Shown here: in pieces, positions 30,972 to 41,279 of the stretch
Layout: each line of letters begins with the position of its first letter
Position numbering within the stretch: the stretch's first letter is position 1
Source of the DNA: Patescibacteria group bacterium
GTDB taxonomy: Bacteria > Patescibacteriota > Microgenomatia > 2-02-FULL-39-11
DNA: 64,000 nucleotides
Assembly: GCA_023379265.1 (NCBI GenBank)
Contig: JAMCUI010000019.1
Location: forward strand, 9,233 to 73,232
Reading direction: 5' to 3'
Notes under the pieces: generated by a model
What the model was told of the DNA's origin: nothing
What the model saw: the letters and a program-made list of their open reading frames with translations, nothing else
Databases searched by the model: none
Program-made: the position numbers and the translations under genes

Positions 30972-32351
30972 ATGGAATATTCTGCATTTGAGAAGGTACC
31001 GCAAAAGGACAGAACATTTTCTTTCTGGGACCAGACGGCGTTCTGGTTTTCGGCTGCCAGCATTCCTGCTGCCTGGTATTATGGAGCGCTTATGGCCGGT
31101 TGGCATGGGATAATAGGGGCGGCAGTTCTTATATTCTTGGTTAACACATTGTCGCTTTTACCCTGGGCGTATCTGGGAGAAATTGCCGCTGTGACAGGCG
31201 GGTCTTCCATGGCGATAGTTCGTCCAGCTTTCGGCATTCGCGGATCGGTTGTACCCTCGGTATTTTATCTTATTCTGGGACTGGGTTGGGGGATGGTAAA
31301 CGTCTTTTTGGGAGCTATAGCTTTGTCTTTTATATTCAAGCTCTGGTTGGGATTTCCGTCATACCTGGATCCCAATAATTTTCTTTATATGGGAGCTTAT
31401 ATATTAGCAGTATGTGTTGTCCAGGGTATTTTTGCCGTTGCCGGACATGACTGGATGAAGAAGTTGCAATGGGTAGCAACTATATTTTTCCTACTTTTGG
31501 GGTTTTACCAGACAGGAATTGTCTTGACACACTGGAATTATTTATCACTTCTGAATTGGAAACCGGCCAATATACTTGCTACATCAGTTGGACCATTTTC
31601 TTATCCCATCACTTTTGCACTTCTGGTTGATCTTCTTATTGCGTACAACTGGACATGGGAGTTTATAGGCGATTTTTCCCGGTTTGCCAAAACCAGAAAA
31701 GCAGGTACATGGGGGCCTTTTTTGGGAGCAAATATCGCCCAATACTGGTGGTTTATGGTGGGGGCAATTGCCGTAGTTTATCTTGCTCAAACAACAGGTG
31801 CATATACGCCATTGACGGCTGATCCTTCCTCAACTACAGTCAGTCTGGGACTCGGATGGCTGGCGGCACTCATTATCCTTTTTGCTACAGTGACGACAAA
31901 TGCAGGCAATATTTATGCTTCAGGATTAGGAGTTTCCAATATGCTTCTGGGGCGCAAAATTTCCATGAAAAAGATACTGAGTACTCTGGCTGTACTCATC
32001 TTCTTCCTTTCGCTTATTCCGCTTCTGTCACAGAACTTCGTAGGCTTCTTTATGTTTTTCCTGGATTTTTTGGGAGCAATAGTCGTGCCATTGTGGACAC
32101 TGACTCTAGTTGACTATTTTGTCATTAAGAGGAGAAGATATATAGATGACCTTTTCAAGACGGAAAAGGGTATTTACTGGTACCAGAAAGGCTGTAATTG
32201 GCCGGCAATTATTATTTTGCTAAGTGGTACTGTCGTTTATTGGATTATTGCTTATGCTCTTCCCGGTATAAGGAAAGAGATTACGGCGGCCATCCCGACG
32301 ATGGTTTATGTGGGAGTGGCGTATTTATTAGTGATGAAAAATAAGAAATAA
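30972..32351 (+). CDS. NCS1-family (purine-cytosine permease / CodB-like) transporter
   Basis: 12 TM helices; FIGDFSRFAK and VDYFVIKRRRY match the CodB motifs ADFVRFGR and ADYLMNRRRY. Confidence 0.6.
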   Translation: MEYSAFEKVPQKDRTFSFWDQTAFWFSAASIPAAWYYGALMAGWHGIIGAAVLIFLVNTLSLLPWAYLGEIAAVTGGSSMAIVRPAFGIRGSVVPSVFYLILGLGWGMVNVFLGAIALSFIFKLWLGFPSYLDPNNFLYMGAYILAVCVVQGIFAVAGHDWMKKLQWVATIFFLLLGFYQTGIVLTHWNYLSLLNWKPANILATSVGPFSYPITFALLVDLLIAYNWTWEFIGDFSRFAKTRKAGTWGPFLGANIAQYWWFMVGAIAVVYLAQTTGAYTPLTADPSSTTVSLGLGWLAALIILFATVTTNAGNIYASGLGVSNMLLGRKISMKKILSTLAVLIFFLSLIPLLSQNFVGFFMFFLDFLGAIVVPLWTLTLVDYFVIKRRRYIDDLFKTEKGIYWYQKGCNWPAIIILLSGTVVYWIIAYALPGIRKEITAAIPTMVYVGVAYLLVMKNKK

Positions 32352-32429
32352 CCTTTCTCTCACCCCTTTTTTGTTCGGGCAAAGAAATAGGAGAAAGAAA
32401 CGCCGGCCCGGCGGCAAAAAATAAAAACT

Positions 32430-33119
32430 ATGAATTCATCTGAATTTATAATATGGTTGGATGATTGGTGTGATAAATTGAAGTTGGTAGACTTGAGTAA
32501 AGTGGTTTCCGATCCGGAAAAGTCGGCTATTGTTTCGGTGGATGTGATAAATGGTTTTTGTCATGATGGGCCGCTTGCTAGTCCGCGGATAAAAAAAATT
32601 ATTACTCCTATCCTAAGCCTCTTTAAGAAAGCATACAAAGCCGGAGTGAGGAATTTCGTTCTTCTACAGGATAATCATGATGCCAATGCAACAGAATTTT
32701 CCACCTACCCACCTCATTGCCGGTTAGGCACAAAAGAATCCGAAACAGTTCCGGAACTGAAGAAACTTCCTTTTGCCGATAAATTTGTCATAGTCCCCAA
32801 AAATTCCATTTCTCCTTCATTTGGCACGCATTTCAACCGATGGCTTGAAACGCATAAAAGTGTCGATACTTTTATAGTAGTAGGGGATTGTACCGATATA
32901 TGCGTTTATCTCTTATCCTTGCATCTTAAAGTTTACGCTGATGCATATAATCTCAAAAGGAAAGTTATTGTTCCTGCAGATTGCGTAGATACGTTTGATA
33001 CACCTGTTAGGATGGCTAAAAAGTTAAACATCATGCCCCACGATGCTGAATTTCTTCATAAAGTTTTTCTCTACCATATGAAGCTGAACGGATTGGAAGT
33101 GGTTAAAAGTCTGACCTGA
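32430..33119 (+). CDS. Isochorismatase-family cysteine hydrolase (nicotinamidase PncA-like)
   Basis: Catalytic-Cys motif VVGDCTDICV, an early Asp (SAIVSVDVINGF), and a size of about 229 aa. Confidence 0.55.
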   Translation: MNSSEFIIWLDDWCDKLKLVDLSKVVSDPEKSAIVSVDVINGFCHDGPLASPRIKKIITPILSLFKKAYKAGVRNFVLLQDNHDANATEFSTYPPHCRLGTKESETVPELKKLPFADKFVIVPKNSISPSFGTHFNRWLETHKSVDTFIVVGDCTDICVYLLSLHLKVYADAYNLKRKVIVPADCVDTFDTPVRMAKKLNIMPHDAEFLHKVFLYHMKLNGLEVVKSLT

Positions 33120-33349
33120 TTTGCTTTTTTGTTTCCAGTAAGGTATACTTCCCGTTTAGTAAGGTCTTGTACTTTTATCTGACATTAAATTTTCTCCAAA
33201 ATTAAAAATATTTCTTGGGGGAAAGTTGGATCAAGAAAGTACTTCTCTGTTTTTCCACGGTACCCTTCAAGGTTATTCCTTTCAGGATTAAATCCTTAGG
33301 CATCCTGGAATCAGTAGGACCAGTAGAATGAAAGGAGGTGAATTCCAGG

Positions 33350-33655
33350 ATGCAATCATCTCAATATCAAGATCAAACATTAGTATGTCGTGACTGCGGT
33401 AAGCAGTTTGTTTGGACTGCAGGAGAGCAGGAGTTCTATGCTCAAAAAGGCTTTAGCAACCCTCCTTTCCGTTGCGCTGACTGTCGTGCTAAAAGAAAAG
33501 CAGACAGAATGGCAAACCGAACCATGACAAAAATCACATGCAGCAAATGCGGTAAAGAAGACGAAGTACCGTTTGTACCCAGAAAAGGTACAGGCGTGCT
33601 TTGCCGAACCTGTTTTGCTGAAGAGCGCCAGAATAAAGGCGGCGCCATGGCGTAA
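33350..33655 (+). CDS. Zinc-ribbon protein (4 x CxxC)
   Basis: CRDCGKQ, CADC, CSKCGKE, CRTC. RBS AAAGGAGG sits 11 nt upstream of the ATG at 33350; the ORF-track GTG at 33338 abuts the RBS and was rejected. Confidence 0.45.
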   Translation: MQSSQYQDQTLVCRDCGKQFVWTAGEQEFYAQKGFSNPPFRCADCRAKRKADRMANRTMTKITCSKCGKEDEVPFVPRKGTGVLCRTCFAEERQNKGGAMA

Positions 33656-33676
33656 TGTCTTTTAAAATTAAAAATA

Positions 33677-33716
33677 AAGAAACCCCGCTTAATATGGCGG
33701 GGTTTCTTGTTTTTTG
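33677..33716. terminator. Bidirectional rho-independent terminator between convergent genes
   Basis: AAGAAACCCCGC-TTAATATG-GCGGGGTTTCTT followed by GTTTTTTGTT, with an A-run on the other side. Confidence 0.75.
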
Positions 33717-36248
33717 TTATTTGAGCAATGGGGAAAGGTATTTACCGATTCTTTTCCTGAAAAGGAAAAGGATAAACAGGATGATTTCCATTACAAGAAG
33801 CGTAATTTTCAGTTTGTTTGGTTCATAAGTAAATTCCACAATATGTGTACCTGGAGTAGTAGGTGTAGCAAGGTAAAAGGGGAAAACAGCAAACTTTTGG
33901 GCGGGGTTTCCATCAACTTTGACTGTCCAGTCTGGGTGATAACTCATTTTGAACATGATAAAACATGACTGACAGTTTTGTGGTACATCAATTGTTGCCG
34001 CGTAGGTCTGTTTATTTATGTTTTCCTGCACGATCTTACCTGATATTGTGGCTTCAGGGAAAATAAAGGGAAAATCGGCAAAAATATTGTGAGTTTTCCC
34101 GTCATTGTTTTCCTTGTATGATACCTCATCGGTCATGGTGATAATCCTTTTGGTACCGGGAGGGATTACAGGGTTGTTTTCGACGCTAATGAGTGGATAC
34201 ATATTCCATGTTTTTGGATAAGAGCGGTGCCACATATGGACTATATTTATAAAGTTTGTTTTGCTAGTTTTGACCATCATGGGAGAGGAGACTATGTCAA
34301 ACCATCCGGTGGTAGGCACGTCGTACAGTTCAAATGGCCCAAATTGTTTGACCTTTTTGGCCTGATCTGTAAACCCTTCATTTTTTGGGGCCACAATATA
34401 TCGGATATTTAATAGATCGTAATCTACAGTCACTCTTTCATCAAAATCCTGCTCATTTTCCGATAGTGGAGACCAGGTCTCAGGCAGGAATTGACTCATA
34501 TCAAATCCGTGTACTCCAAAAAGCATATACATTTGGGTTGATCCGAGCTTGAAATCGTGTCCCCAGTTTCCGGGACGGCCGGCATAGACGCGGCCAGACG
34601 GTTGGTTTTTCAGATAATCGGAAAGATTATTAAAGTTATTTACGTCGAAGAGATATGCACTGTTTGCCTCTCCGATCCAGCGGTTATTAAGATTTGCGTA
34701 TTTTACTGTTTCCAGTGAAGTGTAATAGGTAACACCAAGTATAAAAAGCATTGCTAATATATAGAAAATTACATTTTGATATACGATAAACTTAGGATAA
34801 AGGTTGGATGTAAAAGTATTTTTGATTTTCGGCTTCAATATAAATTGACCGGAAGTTGATTTTTGAGGTTTTAGGCTCTGTAGGGATTTGGTTATGCCGA
34901 TAATATAGACAGTTTTATTTCCAGCTCGGTCAATAATTTTTTTCATGAGGACGAATGTGAAATAGAGTCCGGCAGGAATAAGAAAAAGTGAAGCTATATG
35001 TATTCCGACAATGAATCGGTGTTGGTGGAAGTCGCTCATTCCAGGCATGATATCCAGAAATCCCCATGTAGTTTTACCAAAATAGAGAATCATCCAGAAA
35101 GCAAATAGTATGGCAAAAGGTAAATATTCCATGTTGGCAAGAAGGACAAAAAATCCTACTGCAACAATAGTTGTAATGATGGGGAAAGCTCGTTGCCAGT
35201 CAAATATCTGTCCGGTGAGGAATTGGTTGATAGCTTCATACCAGCCGTAAGAATTGAATTTCCATATGGGATCCCAGAAAGAAATCATATGGTATTTATC
35301 GCCAATAAGAACCGGGATTATCCAGTAGGAAAGAGCGATAAATATGACCACGTACATCCAAAAAAGTTTTTTTGCCCGGACCCAAACATGTTTTATGTCA
35401 AAATCAAAAAACATAAATGGAATGGTAGACATGAGGCTTATTATTCCTATCCCCAAATGTCCAGCTACAGTCAGTATCTGGAAAATTATGGCCCAGAGGG
35501 TGTAATTTAAGAGAGAAAGGCGGTCTATAAATTTGCCTAGTGTGGGGAGTAATAATAATCTACTTGAGTTTACTGATTGTGTTTGAGCTGAATTTCTCTT
35601 GTCGATTGTGTCTTTCTCCGTTGTTTCTTTTTTGTCTTTCCTGCCGTTGATATTTTTGAGTGCCTTATACGTATAGGCAATTGCCAAAGGCATAAAAAAG
35701 ATGCCATAAAGCTGGGAAGTCAGTCCGTATCCCCGCCAGAGATACGAAGGGGGGTCGATGCCATAGAGTCCGTCTGTGGAGAAATTGGAGGAAAAGAAAG
35801 CGCCAAGTGCGGACACTATTGGGGAGAATCCGGCAAGTCTCAAAGCAAGAAATACAGGGATTGGGAAAAGGGTAAGAAGGAGATATTTTGTCAGGTTGTA
35901 ATATTGGTAGAGTGTATAATCTGAAGTAAAAAATGTGCTTAAAGGATGAACTATAAGATGGTAGGAAGAAACAATCAGAATTTGGGGTATATGGCTGTAA
36001 TAATAGGGTAGAGGGTAGCCTTCGGCCCATGTAGGGACGACATGGTCAATCAGGTTGGGTATACAGGAAAGCGATAGTGGACATCCGTAATTTTGCCAGA
36101 TCCAGTTGGTCCGGTAAACAAGAGAGTATTGGAATATATTGTCGTTGGGATCGGCCAAAATATTCAACTCAGGATAATTTAGCCACATGTTGAACCCAAC
36201 AATGATAATAAGTAGGATTATGCTGATTATATTTGTCAGTTTTTTCAT
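33717..36248 (-). CDS. Large polytopic membrane protein with extracytoplasmic C-terminal domains; putative GT-C-like glycosyltransferase
   Basis: 843 aa with an N-terminal TM bundle and an Asp-containing first loop (ADPNDNIFQY). The large C-terminal part is non-hydrophobic and beta-rich. Confidence 0.45.
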   Translation of the reverse strand: MKKLTNIISIILLIIIVGFNMWLNYPELNILADPNDNIFQYSLVYRTNWIWQNYGCPLSLSCIPNLIDHVVPTWAEGYPLPYYYSHIPQILIVSSYHLIVHPLSTFFTSDYTLYQYYNLTKYLLLTLFPIPVFLALRLAGFSPIVSALGAFFSSNFSTDGLYGIDPPSYLWRGYGLTSQLYGIFFMPLAIAYTYKALKNINGRKDKKETTEKDTIDKRNSAQTQSVNSSRLLLLPTLGKFIDRLSLLNYTLWAIIFQILTVAGHLGIGIISLMSTIPFMFFDFDIKHVWVRAKKLFWMYVVIFIALSYWIIPVLIGDKYHMISFWDPIWKFNSYGWYEAINQFLTGQIFDWQRAFPIITTIVAVGFFVLLANMEYLPFAILFAFWMILYFGKTTWGFLDIMPGMSDFHQHRFIVGIHIASLFLIPAGLYFTFVLMKKIIDRAGNKTVYIIGITKSLQSLKPQKSTSGQFILKPKIKNTFTSNLYPKFIVYQNVIFYILAMLFILGVTYYTSLETVKYANLNNRWIGEANSAYLFDVNNFNNLSDYLKNQPSGRVYAGRPGNWGHDFKLGSTQMYMLFGVHGFDMSQFLPETWSPLSENEQDFDERVTVDYDLLNIRYIVAPKNEGFTDQAKKVKQFGPFELYDVPTTGWFDIVSSPMMVKTSKTNFINIVHMWHRSYPKTWNMYPLISVENNPVIPPGTKRIITMTDEVSYKENNDGKTHNIFADFPFIFPEATISGKIVQENINKQTYAATIDVPQNCQSCFIMFKMSYHPDWTVKVDGNPAQKFAVFPFYLATPTTPGTHIVEFTYEPNKLKITLLVMEIILFILFLFRKRIGKYLSPLLK

Positions 36249-36499
36249 ATCTTTTTTCTTAAATCCTCAATAATAAATTTTCAGACATTCACGGGTTTTT
36301 ACAGCTCCATAACTCCTGCCACATAGTAACAAATCTTGAGCATATCAATCTCTTTTGTATTTAGTTCATTTTCAAATTTGTTATCTTCTGATTTTTCTAT
36401 GGGTTCAGCCCGCTTCGCTAGAGCTTCAACGAGGCGAGTCAGTCACTTGTTGTCTCCATCACCGGTATTTCATAGGGAATTATTCCAAAGTTCCATAAA

Positions 36500-38491
36500 T
36501 TACCTATACAGTATCGGATTTAACCAATCGGCATGGTCGTCGTTTATCCCGTCACCGGCATCGGTAACTATAAGCTGCAGGTTTTTGACACCGGTAACGT
36601 TTACTTCTGCATGTAACGGCCAGTCAAACCGGCCCATTTTCGGACTGGAGTACAATTCCTTATTGTCTCCCCATATTTGGAATGTGACGCTTGCTCCGGT
36701 GCCGGCTTCCGTATCTATACCAAAGTCTGTTGAAAAAGTCTTAAATTCACGATTGATGTCAAACACCAGTTTGGAACTTGCGTGTGTGCCAAAGCCTTTC
36801 CTGTACCAGAAATAATCATCTGAGAGCCTATTCCATGATTTCCAGCCTGAATACGAATTGACAGTCATATTTACCTGAAGGATTCCCCACCCCTGGCTGG
36901 CGATGATAGGTTTAAAACTTGTAAGATAGACTTTGCCCCCAAAAATATAGGAGGAGTTGAGAAATATCAGTACCGCAAAAAGTACAAGACCGCAGGCAAA
37001 GAAAAATAAAAGCGAAAATTGCGACAGGGCAAACGGTAGAAGTAAAAAGAAGAGAATAATCATAAAGTACGAATTGAGTATTGTGAGGTTTGGGGTAGTT
37101 AGTTTAGTCAAAAGATCTATTCCGTTTTGAGGGTAGTTAAGTATGAGTCCCGTATGGATATTAAAAAAGATAGCGGCTGACAGAAGTATATAAATCACCC
37201 AAAAATATTTTTCATTGGCCGTCAGGCCGGAGAGGAGACCTGAGGATGGACCTGTTTTGTGTATTATTTTCGGTCTAATTTTATTTAAAACTTTTGGTTG
37301 GACTTTGTCTTGCGACTGTCCTGTCTCGTCAAAAGTAAAATGTAGAATGTCATAAAGTATGGATTGCACATTTCCTTTTTTTTGCGTCTGTTTGATTTGT
37401 GGAAAAGCAAGGTTGCTTCCAGATTCCATAAACGGGTAGAAGAAAAGGAGAAGGACAATCACTGGATAACTGTATCTTTCATGGCTTTCGGTGGTAAAAA
37501 GGAAAAAGGCAAAGATTCCAAGCACAAAGGATAGAAAAAGATTACGAGGTGTAGGTTTTTTGTAAAGGAGGATGGTAGAAAAAAGATAAAAGGAAGAAAA
37601 GATTACCAGTCCAACCGTTTTAGCATTCAATATTCCTAGGAGAGTTATCTTGTCAGTAATTGCCATACCGCGGGCTGCTGCTATAATCCACCATAGGTTG
37701 TTGGCGTTTAGCGATAACCAGGGAAAATAGTCGCTGTTGACAGTCATAAGGTAGAGTACCTTGTCCATATTATTTTGCAGGACAAAAGGCAAATTTACTG
37801 CGAAAAAGGTTGCAGCGGCAACGCTTATACTCTTCAGAAAAGTCTTCAGGTCAAAGTACCGGAGTATAAAAAGAAGGTAAAGAGGGATAAAAATTATATT
37901 TTGCAGCTTCATAAGCGTGCCGACAGTAAAGATTACTGTAGCCAAATAAGGACGTCTGTGATAAAGGAGAAGAATAATGGCAAAAAGTGTAAACATGAGG
38001 CCAAAAGATTCTACCTGACCCCACTGTGCCGAATCCATAATAACAATAGGATTGAGATAAAATGCAGCCGAAAGGATAAGGGGTAGGTCAAATTTTGTAT
38101 AGCTTTCATCCAAAACCGCCCCAAGCTTTTGCAATTTTTCCTTATGTGAAGCAAACCAGTAAATAAGCCAGGCGATGACCATATCAGAAATTATGGCGAT
38201 GGATTTGGAAGCAAGAAGAAAGCCAAAATTATTTTCCTTCCAGTATGAGTTATAGTCATGTGCATTGCCAAAGAAAGAGTAGATTTTACCCATCAGCCAA
38301 AGAACATATATAAAACCCGGGGGATAATTGATATTGGTATTATGGGTTGTCCAGACTATTCCGTGGTCAACGGCCGCCAGGCTCCATGATTTCCAGAATG
38401 AGATATCGGCGATAAAACCGGTATTGCCTATAAGAAGGATGCGTATGACAAGTCCCGCAAAAAGCAGTAAAAGAAAATAATATTTTCTCAC
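36500..38491 (-). CDS. Polytopic membrane protein (GT-C-like) fused to a C-terminal NPCBM-type carbohydrate-binding domain
   Basis: About 14 TM helices, then a C-terminal about 130 aa ending ...LQLIVTDAGDGINDDHADWLNPILYR. That matches the NPCBM signature (GDGxxxDHAxWxxPxL) as recalled. GTG start. Confidence 0.5.
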   Translation of the reverse strand: MRKYYFLLLLFAGLVIRILLIGNTGFIADISFWKSWSLAAVDHGIVWTTHNTNINYPPGFIYVLWLMGKIYSFFGNAHDYNSYWKENNFGFLLASKSIAIISDMVIAWLIYWFASHKEKLQKLGAVLDESYTKFDLPLILSAAFYLNPIVIMDSAQWGQVESFGLMFTLFAIILLLYHRRPYLATVIFTVGTLMKLQNIIFIPLYLLFILRYFDLKTFLKSISVAAATFFAVNLPFVLQNNMDKVLYLMTVNSDYFPWLSLNANNLWWIIAAARGMAITDKITLLGILNAKTVGLVIFSSFYLFSTILLYKKPTPRNLFLSFVLGIFAFFLFTTESHERYSYPVIVLLLFFYPFMESGSNLAFPQIKQTQKKGNVQSILYDILHFTFDETGQSQDKVQPKVLNKIRPKIIHKTGPSSGLLSGLTANEKYFWVIYILLSAAIFFNIHTGLILNYPQNGIDLLTKLTTPNLTILNSYFMIILFFLLLPFALSQFSLLFFFACGLVLFAVLIFLNSSYIFGGKVYLTSFKPIIASQGWGILQVNMTVNSYSGWKSWNRLSDDYFWYRKGFGTHASSKLVFDINREFKTFSTDFGIDTEAGTGASVTFQIWGDNKELYSSPKMGRFDWPLHAEVNVTGVKNLQLIVTDAGDGINDDHADWLNPILYR

Positions 38492-38821
38492 GGAAAAAGA
38501 AGAATTTTCCCTTTTTTATCTATAGCTGAAAAACACTTGTGATTTTAGCAGAAAAAAATTATCAAGAAAATGTATCTTTCTATAACAGTTATTTACGGGT
38601 ACTGCCGTTTGAGCATCCCAATCCTCGTTTCAGAGCGCCCGCGAAATGTAGTTAAGCTCTCCATATAATCATAGCCGCTCGCTAATTGAAACTCAGCTTG
38701 TAAATCCTTCTCAAACGTCACCCGTTTTTAATTAATGTGTTTACATTCGAACTGCGAAAATTTTCACCTGTTTCGTATCTTTCCATGATTCCAAATTTAT
38801 AATTCCTGATTCCGATTATTT

Positions 38822-39517
38822 TTATTTCTTATTCCAGCTGACGCTGTCGACAATCCGGTCAAAGAGGGCGGGATCAAGTATGCCGTTGGCAAGGTGTATC
38901 ATGATGTCTGGTTTATCGGACACCTCAAAAAAGACGTCCAGGTTGGGTGAGTCTCCGGCCAGATTGATATACGTTGCTTTGTATCCTTTCAAACCGTTTT
39001 TATTGGTAAAGGGTTCCACATTTTTGACACCTTTAAGGCCTGAGAAGAATTTGTACCAATTTTGCACATAATCTGATTTGGAAAGGTTAAGATATTTGGG
39101 ATCGCGTTTATTAATAAGTTCTATATTCAAAAGGACGTTCTGCTGGGGAGGTATATTTCCCCAGGAGATGGCTATACTGTCCGTCTGGTCTCCCGGAAAA
39201 ATAACAAGCGGTAAAGAGGAAGGAACTGAGAATTCATAAGGATAGATTTTACCCTTAGCAGTATACCATTTTGCATCAGCAGGGATAGTAAAGCGCAAGG
39301 GTGCAGTAGGGGGGTTTGGAGAAAATGAAGGGGAAACGGGTAGGGGGGACCCATTTATATTTTCCTCTATATTTGATTGCGTGAGTGTTGAGCGGTAGGC
39401 AAAATAAATTCCTCCTCCTAGGATAAATATTCCGATAAAAGTGGCAATGGCCAGTTTTCTGAAATCAGGTTCCTGATCCATTTCGGATTCCTGATTCTCT
39501 TCGTGTATATCCGGCAT
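38822..39517 (-). CDS. Single-pass membrane protein with an acidic N-terminus, hypothetical
   Basis: One TM helix (IATFIGIFILGGGIYFAY), then a P-rich linker and a globular domain. Confidence 0.4.
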   Translation of the reverse strand: MPDIHEENQESEMDQEPDFRKLAIATFIGIFILGGGIYFAYRSTLTQSNIEENINGSPLPVSPSFSPNPPTAPLRFTIPADAKWYTAKGKIYPYEFSVPSSLPLVIFPGDQTDSIAISWGNIPPQQNVLLNIELINKRDPKYLNLSKSDYVQNWYKFFSGLKGVKNVEPFTNKNGLKGYKATYINLAGDSPNLDVFFEVSDKPDIMIHLANGILDPALFDRIVDSVSWNKK

Positions 39518-39578
39518 ATTTTTATGCTAAAATTTTATCATTTGATAGCAAGAGAGTGTCAAGTAATAGCGATATTTT

Positions 39579-41279
39579 ATGCGTAAAACCCTTTTTTTGT
39601 TAGCAGCACTTTTTGTCATTTTTTCCTTTTCTCCTTCTATTTATGAAATTAATCGTAAAGATGCAATACCAAAGGAGAGGTATTTTGTTTTGGAACATAA
39701 TTATCTTTTTGACTACAATTTTTACCTTTCCCGGATAAAGGAAGGACTCTCGGGGCGGTGGACGGTTGTTGAGAAATACTACAACCAGCCGCACCAGGGT
39801 TCACTTTTCCAGATATTCTATCTTATGTTGGGTGAGGCAGGGAGGGTGTTTAATCTTACTCCGCCCGTTATTTATCACGGAGCAAGACTCATTTTTGGAT
39901 TCCTGTTTCTAGCAGCAGTAGGGTATTATATCAGTACTCTTTTTTCAGGCTTCTCTCAAATAGTGACATTTCTTTTGGTTGTCAATTCAGGAAGTTGGCC
40001 GGTTTTGGTAAAAGCAGGCAATTTCTGGCGCTTTGCCACATATATGGGTTGGTGGTCGGTGGTTGACAGCCTTCAGAGGATTACTTTCCTGCCGCATGTT
40101 CTTTTCGGACAGCTTTTTATTCTCTTATTTATATTTTGGTTAAGCGAAAAAGTTGCCGGGAAGAAAAGATTTGCCAAGATGGTGGCATTGGGGCTAATAG
40201 GATTTGTCGCAGGTATTATATTCCCGCCGACAGTTATTGTTTTATACGGCATTTTTGGGGTTCTGTCTCTTTTGGAAATAATTGACGTCTGGACTTTCAC
40301 TTTTGACAAAAAAGGACAGCGGATACTTTTTGACTGGTTTTTTGAGAAAGGTTTAACTAGGCTTATATTTCTTGTTTTATCTTCACTGTCTCTTCTTTAT
40401 GTGACTGTTATGTTTAATGTATTGCCTTGGAGTGCTCTCTCGCTTTTTGACATACAACACAGGACGGGATTGTCTTACAATGAGTATTTTATGGCTTTGG
40501 GACCTGTGTTGCCTTTGGGAATATTGGGAGGAATAGCTGTCGTTTTACGAAGGGATAAGAAATTATTCCCGGCTGTATCCTGGGTGGCTGCGGTTTTTAT
40601 ACTTTTCAAGATATTTGAAAATGTGCCCACCCAATCTCCACTGCGTTTTACCGAGGCGGCAATACATGTACCTTTGGGGATACTTACCGGCTATCTGGCG
40701 TATCTTATTTGGAAAGCGGCAGGAAAACTGTATAAACCATTGCGAAAAGTAGTAAGAGCTGGAGAAGGTATAGTTCTGTTCCTTATGATTCTTATGGGTA
40801 TTGGGGTAATGCTTTCCATGGTGATGTGGTTGACTGACCAGGTAAAGGCAAAAGCGGCCGGCACGTGGCCGGTGCCGATAGGAGCTGAATTAGTTTACCC
40901 TCTTAAGGATTTTATGAATGCAATTTTTTATATAAGGGACAATACAAACCAAAACAGTGTGGTTTTGGGCTATGTGACAGCTGGAAATTACATTCCTGCC
41001 TATGCGGGCAATTTTGTCTATATAGGACACGCCAATACGCCCGATGAAGACGGAAAGGAAAAGATTGCAGCCAGGTTTTTTTCGGGGAAAATGACACCTG
41101 AAGAGGCGAAAACATTTCTTACAAGAGAGAGAATATCTTACATATTATTCGGTCCTCAGGAGAAAGAGCTTGGAGGAATTCAAGATTTATCGACTATTTA
41201 TTCTAATCTATCTTTATTTTATAAAAATAGCCAGGTGGTGATATATAAAGTGGGAAATCAAATTGAAAAACAAAGTTAA
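39579..41279 (+). CDS. Polytopic membrane protein, five-member paralog family A; putative GT-C-like
   Basis: N-terminal loop HNYLFDYNFYLSRIKEG and a C-terminal soluble domain ...YIGHANTPDEDGKEKIAARFFSGKMTPEEAKTFL..ISYILFG are shared with four other genes here. Confidence 0.5.
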   Translation: MRKTLFLLAALFVIFSFSPSIYEINRKDAIPKERYFVLEHNYLFDYNFYLSRIKEGLSGRWTVVEKYYNQPHQGSLFQIFYLMLGEAGRVFNLTPPVIYHGARLIFGFLFLAAVGYYISTLFSGFSQIVTFLLVVNSGSWPVLVKAGNFWRFATYMGWWSVVDSLQRITFLPHVLFGQLFILLFIFWLSEKVAGKKRFAKMVALGLIGFVAGIIFPPTVIVLYGIFGVLSLLEIIDVWTFTFDKKGQRILFDWFFEKGLTRLIFLVLSSLSLLYVTVMFNVLPWSALSLFDIQHRTGLSYNEYFMALGPVLPLGILGGIAVVLRRDKKLFPAVSWVAAVFILFKIFENVPTQSPLRFTEAAIHVPLGILTGYLAYLIWKAAGKLYKPLRKVVRAGEGIVLFLMILMGIGVMLSMVMWLTDQVKAKAAGTWPVPIGAELVYPLKDFMNAIFYIRDNTNQNSVVLGYVTAGNYIPAYAGNFVYIGHANTPDEDGKEKIAARFFSGKMTPEEAKTFLTRERISYILFGPQEKELGGIQDLSTIYSNLSLFYKNSQVVIYKVGNQIEKQS

